From Acidimicrobiales bacterium (GTDB lineage Bacteria > Actinomycetota > Acidimicrobiia > Acidimicrobiales > RAAP-2), in contig JADGOD010000008.1 in the NCBI GenBank assembly GCA_017883125.1, positions 1 to 32,158 of the forward strand: a DNA stretch of 32,158 nucleotides. The letters run 5' to 3'. The notes under the pieces are model-generated. The model had not been told where the DNA came from, made no database searches, and saw nothing but the letters and a program-made list of their open reading frames with translations. How positions within the stretch are numbered: the stretch's first letter is position 1; the number at the start of each line of letters is the position of its first letter. Positions 25,676-32,158 of the stretch are shown one piece after another. Position numbers and translations under genes: made by a program.

Positions 25676-28405
25676 ATGCCATTCGTCTTTGACTTCGACC
25701 ACTCGCACCGTCGTGCCCCGATGGAGCTCAAGGATCTCCTTGGCGGCAAGGGCGCAAACCTGGCCGAGATGACCTCAGTGCTCAAGCTTCCCGTGCCTCC
25801 GGGCTTCACGATCACGACTGACGCTTGCCAGGCCTACATGCTCGGCGGGTGGCCCAAGGATCTCGACAAGCAGATGAACGCGGCCCGGAACCGCCTCGAG
25901 CGGGCGATGGGCAAGAAGCTCGGAGACGCCGCAGACCCGCTCCTCGTCTCGGTGCGATCGGGCGCGAAGTTCTCGATGCCCGGGATGATGGACACCGTCT
26001 TGAACCTCGGCCTCAACGACAAGTCAGTGGCCGGTCTCGCTGACCAGACTCGCGACGAGCGCTTCGCATATGACTCCTACCGCCGCTTCGTCGCCATGTA
26101 CGGACGCATCGTGCTCGACTGCCCGGGCGAGCCGTTCGATGAGAAGTTCAACGAGGCCAAGGCCAAGGCCGGCACGACGTCGGACGCTCAGGTCCCAGTG
26201 GCAATCCTGAAGGACCTCGTCGAGGAATACAAGGCTCTCGTCAAGACCTACACCGGGAAGCCCTTCCCGCAGGACCCGACAGCCCAGCTACGTGGCGCCG
26301 TCGAGGCCGTGTTCAGGAGCTGGAACGGCCCTCGTGCATTGGCGTATCGCGATCGCGAGCGGATCCCTCACGATCTCGGCACGGCGGTCAACGTCCAGGC
26401 CATGGTCTTTGGAAACCGGGACAACAACTCGGGCACCGGCGTGGGGTTCACCCGTAACCCGGCAACCGGGGAGAACAAGCCCTACGGAGACTTCCTCGTC
26501 AACGCACAGGGCGAAGACGTCGTCGCCGGTATCCGCAACACCGAGCCGCTGACTGCGCTCAAGCGGAAGTTCCCGACGCTCCACGCCGAGCTGATCGCCA
26601 TCTTCGGTCGCCTCGAGCACCACTACCGGGACATGTGCGACACCGAGTTCACCATCGATCAGGGCAAGCTCTGGATGCTCCAGACGCGCGTCGGCAAGCG
26701 CACCGGACGTGCGGCGCTGCGGATGGCCGTGGAGATGACGACCGAGCGTTCAATCCGGCTGACGAAGCCTGAGGCCGTCCAGCGGATCACCGAAGACCAC
26801 CTCTCTCAGGTTCTGCACCCGCAGTTCAAGGGCGGAGGTCAGACCGTCCTGGCCAAGGGCCTTGGCGCGTCGCCGGGTGCTGCGGTCGGTCAGGTGTACT
26901 TCACCGCCGATGATGCCGCCGCCGCCGCCGAGCGGGGAGAGGCTGTCATCCTGGTTCGGTCCGAGACGTCGCCTGAAGACGTCCACGGCATGCTCGCCGC
27001 CGAGGGAATCCTCACCTCCCGTGGCGGTCTCGTGAGCCACGCCGCCGTCGTCGCACGCGGCTGGGGAAAGCCGGCAGTGGTCGGTGCGGAGGCTGTCAAG
27101 ATCTCCGGACAGAAGTTCAACGTCGGTGATGTCACTGTCCACGAGGGCGACTGGATCTCCCTCGACGGCACCGCAGGCGCCGTCGTGGTCGGCAAGGTCG
27201 AGCTGGCCTCGGCCAAGCCGCCCAAGGAGTTCGAGGTGCTGCTCGGCTGGGCCGATCGGATCCGCAAGGGCCATCTCACCGTGCGGGCGAACGCCGACAA
27301 TGGTCCTGATGCCATCAACGCCCGGACGATGGGCGCAGAGGGAATCGGCCTGTGCCGGACCGAGCACATGTTCCTCGGAGAGGACCGGCTCCCGGTCGTC
27401 CGGCGGATGATCCTGGCGTCGACGGAGGCTGAGGAGACCGCTGCCCTCGAGCAGCTCCGCCAGGTCCAGCGTGAGGACTTCCTCGAGATCCTCGCCGCCA
27501 TGGACGGACTTCCCGTGACGATCCGGCTTCTTGACCCGCCTCTCCACGAGTTCCTTCCCTCCACCCATGAGATGGCGGTCAAGGAGGCGACGACGGGCCT
27601 CACCGCAGGGGAGCGCCAGCTCTTCGAGGCGGCCAAGGATTGGGAAGAGGCCAACCCGATGCTCGGCACCCGTGGTGTGCGTCTCGGTGTCGTGAAGCCT
27701 GGCCTCTACGCCATGCAGGTGCGTGCATTGATGGAGGCGGCTCAAGAGCTCGTGGCCAAGGGTGGTCACCCGATCGTCGAGATCATGATCCCGCTGACGG
27801 TCACGCGTGAAGAGCTTGCTCTGGCCCGGAGCTGGGTCGAAGGCGCCATCAAGGAAGTGGCTGGGACTACTTCCCGAGCGAAGGGCGCCAAGCGTGGATC
27901 GCTGAAGGTCCTTATCGGCACCATGATCGAGACGCCGCGAGCGGCTCTGGTCGCCGACCAGATCGCCGAAGTCGCTGACTTCTTCTCGTTCGGGACCAAC
28001 GACCTGACCCAGATGACGTTCGGGTTCAGCCGCGACGACATCGAAGGCCGCATCATGGGCCCCTACCTCGAGCTGGGCCTTCTCAAGCGGAACCCGTTTG
28101 AGGTCGTGGACCCCGACGGCGTCGGCGCTCTCGTTCGCATGGGCGTCGCCAAGGGCCGTGCGACTCGTCCGGGTCTCAAGACCGGTGTCTGTGGCGAGCA
28201 CGGAGGCGATCCTGAGTCCATCAACACCTTCTATGAAGCTGGCATCGACTACGTGAGCTGCTCGCCGTTCCGGGTGCCTGTTGCCCGCCTCGCGGCGGCC
28301 CAGGCGGTTCTCAACCACGCACCGACGCCGGCCAAGAAGACCGTCGCCAAGAAGGCTCCGGCCAAGAAGACCGTCGCCAAGAAGGCACCGGCTCGAAAGG
28401 CATAG
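25676..28405 (+). CDS. ppdK: pyruvate, phosphate dikinase (with atypical Lys/Ala-rich C-terminal tail)
   Basis: Motifs LGGKGANLAEM, phosphohistidine swivel motif TSRGGLVSHAAVVARGWG, PEP/pyruvate domain NDLTQMTFGFSRDD and CGEHGGDP. ATG 25676 gives the canonical MPFVFDF start; the track ORF from 25412 is an extension. Confidence 0.96.
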   Translation: MPFVFDFDHSHRRAPMELKDLLGGKGANLAEMTSVLKLPVPPGFTITTDACQAYMLGGWPKDLDKQMNAARNRLERAMGKKLGDAADPLLVSVRSGAKFSMPGMMDTVLNLGLNDKSVAGLADQTRDERFAYDSYRRFVAMYGRIVLDCPGEPFDEKFNEAKAKAGTTSDAQVPVAILKDLVEEYKALVKTYTGKPFPQDPTAQLRGAVEAVFRSWNGPRALAYRDRERIPHDLGTAVNVQAMVFGNRDNNSGTGVGFTRNPATGENKPYGDFLVNAQGEDVVAGIRNTEPLTALKRKFPTLHAELIAIFGRLEHHYRDMCDTEFTIDQGKLWMLQTRVGKRTGRAALRMAVEMTTERSIRLTKPEAVQRITEDHLSQVLHPQFKGGGQTVLAKGLGASPGAAVGQVYFTADDAAAAAERGEAVILVRSETSPEDVHGMLAAEGILTSRGGLVSHAAVVARGWGKPAVVGAEAVKISGQKFNVGDVTVHEGDWISLDGTAGAVVVGKVELASAKPPKEFEVLLGWADRIRKGHLTVRANADNGPDAINARTMGAEGIGLCRTEHMFLGEDRLPVVRRMILASTEAEETAALEQLRQVQREDFLEILAAMDGLPVTIRLLDPPLHEFLPSTHEMAVKEATTGLTAGERQLFEAAKDWEEANPMLGTRGVRLGVVKPGLYAMQVRALMEAAQELVAKGGHPIVEIMIPLTVTREELALARSWVEGAIKEVAGTTSRAKGAKRGSLKVLIGTMIETPRAALVADQIAEVADFFSFGTNDLTQMTFGFSRDDIEGRIMGPYLELGLLKRNPFEVVDPDGVGALVRMGVAKGRATRPGLKTGVCGEHGGDPESINTFYEAGIDYVSCSPFRVPVARLAAAQAVLNHAPTPAKKTVAKKAPAKKTVAKKAPARKA
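28328..28387 (+). repeat. in-frame 30-bp tandem duplication (2 full copies plus a partial third) encoding PAKKTVAKKA
   Basis: CCGGCCAAGAAGACCGTCGCCAAGAAGGCT (28328..28357) is repeated as CCGGCCAAGAAGACCGTCGCCAAGAAGGCA (28358..28387), 29 of 30 identical. It is followed by the partial CCGGCTCGAAAGGCA and then TAG. Confidence 0.95.
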
Positions 28406-28489
28406 GCCGCCCCGGCATCACGCTGATCTCGCCAGGGCTCTCTGGAGCCTCGGCGCGCCTCGGCGTCTTGTCGCGGTACCGTTCCACTC

Positions 28490-30358
28490 GTGGCAGTCCC
28501 AGCAGAGGAGATCGCCCAGGTTCGGGGGGCAACCGACATCGTCGGGCTGATCAGCGAACAGGTCGCGCTCAAGAAGACAGGAAGGCGATGGAGCGGACTC
28601 TGCCCCTTCCACTCTGAGAAGTCGCCGTCATTCAGCGTGAACGCGGAAGAGGGCCTCTACTACTGCTTCGGCTGTCAGAAGTCGGGTGATGCGATCACGT
28701 TCGTCCGAGAGACCCAGGGTCTCGACTTCATCGACGCCGTCCGCCTCTTGGCTGACCGTGCGGGAATCACCCTTCATGAAGATGAAGGAGGCCCGGACCG
28801 CCGGGATCGAGCGTTGCTGCTCGACGCCATGGAGCGAGCCGTCGAGTTCTACCACCAGAGGCTTCTGACGTCGCCAGACGGGGGAGCGGCGCGCATCTAC
28901 CTGCGCTCACGGGGATACGACGGCGAGCTCGTTCGCCAGTTCAGACTCGGCTGGGCACCAGACGACTGGGATCAGCTCGCACGGCACCTGGGCGTTCCCG
29001 AGCGCATCCTCGAAGGGGCGGGACTTGGATTCACCAACCGGAGGGGGCGTCCCCAGGACTTCCTGCGTGCACGTGTGGTCTTCCCGATCTGTGACTCCTC
29101 GGGACACCCGATCGCAATGGGAGGAAGAATCCTTCCCCCCGTTCCAGGCCAGCCGCTTCCGGACCGGCCCCAACCGAAGTACAAGAACTCTCCGGAGACG
29201 GAGATCTACTCCAAGCGACGCACGCTCTACGGGCTGAACTGGGCCAAGAAGCAGATTGTCGAGACCGGCGAGATCATCGTCTGCGAGGGGTACACCGACG
29301 TCATCGCCTTCTTCCAGGCGGGGCTGCCGAGGGCGGTCGCAACATGTGGGACGGCGCTCGGTGAGGAGCACTTCTCCTTGATGCGGAACTTCGCCAAGCG
29401 GATCGTGCTCGCCTACGATGCCGACGCTGCAGGCCAGAGCGCCACGGGTCGGGTCTACGAGTGGGAGCGCAAGCACGAGGTTGACGTGGCTGTCGTCGAG
29501 CTCCCGATGGGAACCGATCCGGCCGAGCTGGGTCGGTCGGACCCAGAGGCACTCCGGGAAGCGGTGAAGAACGCGAAGCCATTCTTGAAGTTCCGCGTCG
29601 ACCGGGCCCTGTCGCTCGGGGACATGAGCACGGCCGAAGGCCGGGCACGGGCAGCAGAAGAGGCGCTCGCTGTCGTCGCTGAGCACCCGAACCCGCTCGT
29701 GCGGGATCAGTATCTCGTCTCCGTGGCTGATCGCTGCCACCTCGATCCCCAGCTGGTTCGGGACCGGCTGGCCCAGCATGTGGCCGGCGAGCGACCGCGG
29801 TCCCCGGAGCGAAGCAGGAGCCGCCCCGAAGACATGCCCCCACCGCTCGACGACGACGAGGGTCCGCCCGAAGACATGGACCTCGCTGCGCCGGCGGAGG
29901 TGGCCGACCGTCCTGGTCTTGAGGCTCTTCGGTTCGCGGTGCACCGACCAGAGCTCGTCGCCAACCGTCTCGAGCCGTTCCTCTTCCGCAACCGTGACCA
30001 GCGAAGCGCCTTCGAGGCCCTCTTGGCGGCGACGAGCCTTGCTGAGGCGATCGAGAACGCCCCGGCAGCCGCGTCTGCGCTGCTTCGGAGGGTGGCGGTC
30101 GAAGAACCCCTCATCGCACCGACCACCACCGCCGACCCGGTTGCTCCCGTGATCGCTCAGCTCCTCAGGGCGGCCGTCCGCCAGGGAATCGCAGACCTTC
30201 AGGCCGAATTGCGGCAGAAGACGGTAGCGGTCTCAGAAGGGACCCTCCAGGTCACCCAAGTCCACGCCTGGCTCGAGGCGCTGGACGATCCGGGGGAGGG
30301 ACCCATGGCGGAGCGGGCGTTGGTAGGTTGGCTCTCTGGGCGGAGGGGAGCATCATGA
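28490..30358 (+). CDS. dnaG: DNA primase
   Basis: Zinc-binding domain CPFHSEKSPSFSV...YCFGCQKSGD and TOPRIM domain (IVCEGYTDV, YDADAAG). GTG start preceded by TACCGT-N7. Confidence 0.94.
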   Translation: MAVPAEEIAQVRGATDIVGLISEQVALKKTGRRWSGLCPFHSEKSPSFSVNAEEGLYYCFGCQKSGDAITFVRETQGLDFIDAVRLLADRAGITLHEDEGGPDRRDRALLLDAMERAVEFYHQRLLTSPDGGAARIYLRSRGYDGELVRQFRLGWAPDDWDQLARHLGVPERILEGAGLGFTNRRGRPQDFLRARVVFPICDSSGHPIAMGGRILPPVPGQPLPDRPQPKYKNSPETEIYSKRRTLYGLNWAKKQIVETGEIIVCEGYTDVIAFFQAGLPRAVATCGTALGEEHFSLMRNFAKRIVLAYDADAAGQSATGRVYEWERKHEVDVAVVELPMGTDPAELGRSDPEALREAVKNAKPFLKFRVDRALSLGDMSTAEGRARAAEEALAVVAEHPNPLVRDQYLVSVADRCHLDPQLVRDRLAQHVAGERPRSPERSRSRPEDMPPPLDDDEGPPEDMDLAAPAEVADRPGLEALRFAVHRPELVANRLEPFLFRNRDQRSAFEALLAATSLAEAIENAPAAASALLRRVAVEEPLIAPTTTADPVAPVIAQLLRAAVRQGIADLQAELRQKTVAVSEGTLQVTQVHAWLEALDDPGEGPMAERALVGWLSGRRGAS

Positions 30359-31635
30359 CGCTGGAGGCTGGAGGGCGAGTTGAGCCGACCGCAGCTCCGA
30401 TCGGCGTCGTGCTCGGTGACGATGTCGAGCGCGAGCTGCACCGTCTCATACGATCGATCCCTCACGGCGGAGAGGTCACCCAGGGCAACTTGATCGAGAT
30501 GATCCGTCACACTGAGCTCTCCGAGCCGCTGATCGCAGAGCTGGTCCGTCGAATCAAGGAGGCAGGCCTCGTCTTCGTCGAAGACGCCAAGAGCGAAGCC
30601 TCCGCTCGTCACGACGAGGAAGCAAAGACGCGCCGACCGAGCCGCGAGTTGGATCGTCGGACCTCGGGACGCCGGACAGCCTCGTCATCTGACGACGCCA
30701 TCCAGGCGTATCTCTCCGAGATCGGGCACGTCCCGCTCTTGGACGGAACCGAGGAGTTCGACCTGGCAACGACGTACGAGGCGGGCCAGGCGGCGGCAGA
30801 ACGTCTCGCTCGTCACGAGGCGGCGGTCGCCGGTGACGGGCCCGCCTCCGATGCGGTGAGTGCTCGACAGGTCAGGAACCTCCGTCAGCTGATGCGTCAG
30901 GGTGATGCCGCGAAGGACCGGCTGATCGAAGCGAACCTCCGTCTGGTGGTCTCCATCGCGAAGCGGCATCGGAACCGGGGAGTGGCGTTCCTCGACCTCA
31001 TCCAGGAGGGGAACCTGGGGCTCATGCGGGCGGTCGAGAAGTTCGACCCGCACAAGGGCTTCAAGTTCTCCACCTACGCCACCTGGTGGATCCGTCAGGC
31101 GATCACCCGGGCCATCGCGGATCAGGCTCGCACGATCCGGATCCCGGTCCATCTGGTCGAGACGATCAACACCGTCGTGGCCACGCAGCGTCAGATGACC
31201 CAGGATCTCTGCCGGGAGGTCGGGCCTGACGAGATCGCTGCTCATCTCGGTATGGAGCCCGACAAGGTCAGAGAGCTCCTACGGCTCAATCAAGACACGA
31301 TCTCCCTGGAGCAGCCGATGGGGGACGATGACGACTTCATGCTCTCGGACACGATCCAAGACCATGGAATGGCCTCTCCCGACGCCACCGCGGCGAAGCA
31401 CCTTCTCCACGACGCCATCCGCGAGGTGCTTGGGCAGCTCGATGAACGTGAGCGTGAGGTGGTGAGCCTCCGATTCGGGCTCGAGGACGGCAAGGTGGCG
31501 ACCCTCTACGAGGTGGGTCGCCACTTCGGCATCACCCGTGAGCGAGTCCGCCAGATCGAGGTTAAGACGATCGCCAAGCTCCGACGACCGGAGCGATCGA
31601 TCCAGCTTCGCGGCTTCCTCGACGGCGAAGAGTAG
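30355..31635 (+). CDS. rpoD: RNA polymerase sigma factor, principal (group 1-like) sigma-70
   Basis: Region 2 (FLDLIQEGNLGLMRAVEKFD, FSTYATWWIRQAITRA), region 3, and region 4.2 (GRHFGITRERVRQIEVKTIAKLR). ATG 30355 has a GGAGG Shine-Dalgarno 8 nt upstream and overlaps the dnaG stop (ATGA). Confidence 0.93.
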   Translation: MTLEAGGRVEPTAAPIGVVLGDDVERELHRLIRSIPHGGEVTQGNLIEMIRHTELSEPLIAELVRRIKEAGLVFVEDAKSEASARHDEEAKTRRPSRELDRRTSGRRTASSSDDAIQAYLSEIGHVPLLDGTEEFDLATTYEAGQAAAERLARHEAAVAGDGPASDAVSARQVRNLRQLMRQGDAAKDRLIEANLRLVVSIAKRHRNRGVAFLDLIQEGNLGLMRAVEKFDPHKGFKFSTYATWWIRQAITRAIADQARTIRIPVHLVETINTVVATQRQMTQDLCREVGPDEIAAHLGMEPDKVRELLRLNQDTISLEQPMGDDDDFMLSDTIQDHGMASPDATAAKHLLHDAIREVLGQLDEREREVVSLRFGLEDGKVATLYEVGRHFGITRERVRQIEVKTIAKLRRPERSIQLRGFLDGEE

Positions 31636-31699
31636 GAACGGGCCCCTTCGACGGGGGGGTCGAGATGGGGCTGCTAACGTCCCTTCCGGTTCCGATTGA

Positions 31700-31771
31700 T
31701 CCGGGGTAGCTCAATGGCAGAGCACGCGACTGTTAATCGTGTGGTTGAGAGTTCGAGTCTCTCCCCCGGAG
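31700..31771 (+). tRNA. tRNA-Asn (anticodon GTT), CCA not encoded
   Basis: Hand-folded cloverleaf: acceptor TCCGGGG/CCCCGGA, D arm GCTC/GAGC, anticodon stem CGCGA/TCGTG with loop CTGTTAA (GTT), T arm GAGAG-TTCGAGT-CTCTC, discriminator G. Confidence 0.92.
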
Positions 31772-32131
31772 CTCATCTGCAGGAGTGAGAGTCTCACCCG
31801 GCGCTTCGTCGGGGGACAGCGCCAGGAAGCCCACCTCGCCGAGAGAGGCTCCTTGGGCGCTCCGAGGTGCATGCCGACCTCTTCCCGCGGGACGACCCTT
31901 GGTCACGACGACCAGCAGCCCTCCCAGGACCAAGAGGACCACGGCAACGACGATCAGGGGCCCGATGGCAGTCCCCGCAGCGGTTGCGGTCTCGCTGCTG
32001 CCGGGAGAAGGGGCCGCAGCGGCCGCCGAGGCGACGAACGTGGCTCCAGTGGCGCCGAGAGCAACGCCCGACCAGGCGCGGGCGGCGCCCGGGATGACGG
32101 ACGAGATGCGACGTCGGGGCGATGTCTTCAT
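31733..32131 (-). CDS. hypothetical small secreted/membrane-anchored protein
   Basis: GGGAG Shine-Dalgarno 4 nt upstream of the ATG. N-terminal RRR-containing signal-like segment, Ala/Pro/Ser-rich linker, one strong TM helix (IGPLIVVAVVLLVLGGLLVVV) and a basic stretch. Caveat: the last 13 codons are antisense to the 3' part of tRNA-Asn. Confidence 0.45.
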   Translation of the reverse strand: MKTSPRRRISSVIPGAARAWSGVALGATGATFVASAAAAAPSPGSSETATAAGTAIGPLIVVAVVLLVLGGLLVVVTKGRPAGRGRHAPRSAQGASLGEVGFLALSPDEAPGETLTPADELRGRDSNSQPHD

Positions 32132-32158
32132 GAGCTCCCTTTGGGGCTGGGCGAGGTA

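Noticed and set aside
28328-28405. The 30-bp direct repeats as a mini CRISPR array or mobile-element end.
   Set aside because: The repeats are directly adjacent with no spacers, in frame within the ppdK 3' end, and encode a coherent PAKKTVAKKA peptide repeat. There are no cas, transposase or integrase genes anywhere in the window.
31640-31668. Rho-independent terminator after rpoD (GGGCCCC-ttcgac-GGGGGGTC).
   Set aside because: Only about 4-6 bp can pair (including a G:U), the loop is 6-9 nt and there is no U-tract. This is too weak to call. A TAACGT hexamer (31675..31680), 19 nt upstream of tRNA-Asn, might be its -10, but it lacks a convincing -35.

Overview
This is a high-GC (about two-thirds G+C by eye), very compact (about 97% coding) chromosomal core segment. 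The gene content and order look Actinomycetota-like, possibly a deep lineage such as Acidimicrobiia, but that placement is low confidence.

I can support 29 protein genes, one short pseudogene-like ORF and two tRNAs. In order they are: tRNA-Ala(-), leuS, DUF45 metallopeptidase, PAC2(-), APH-fold phosphotransferase(-), thioredoxin-TPR, an orphan folP-like gene, holA, rpsT(-), lepA. These are followed by a gapless chain behind a CIRCE operator: hrcA-dnaJ-rsmE-HIT-phoH-ybeY-CBS/CorC-era. After that come a dinG-like helicase(-), uppS, a small 2-TM protein, recO, a photolyase N-terminal fragment, hemW, glyQS, a DrrAB-like ABC-2 exporter(-), ppdK, dnaG, rpoD, tRNA-Asn and a small secreted/membrane protein(-).

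Most neighbouring genes overlap by 1-11 nt (ATGA/GTGA/TTGA junctions).

I found no CRISPR array, transposase, integrase, toxin-antitoxin pair, defence cassette or other accessory island. I cannot honestly point to a novel multi-gene system here; this is housekeeping synteny.

The observations I think deserve a second look are:
- a 56-codon photolyase-like remnant ORF at a synteny breakpoint;
- a Lys/Ala-rich C-terminal tail on PPDK, created by a near-perfect 30-bp tandem duplication;
- a perfect 18-bp palindrome in the dinG/uppS divergent promoter;
- a recurrent TANNNT-N6-8-start-codon architecture implying leaderless mRNAs at eight operon heads, which also resolves several start codons;
- a dnaG-rpoD translational coupling;
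- an APH-kinase/PAC2 coupled pair of unknown function.

The many long antisense ORFs in the track are high-GC artefacts.
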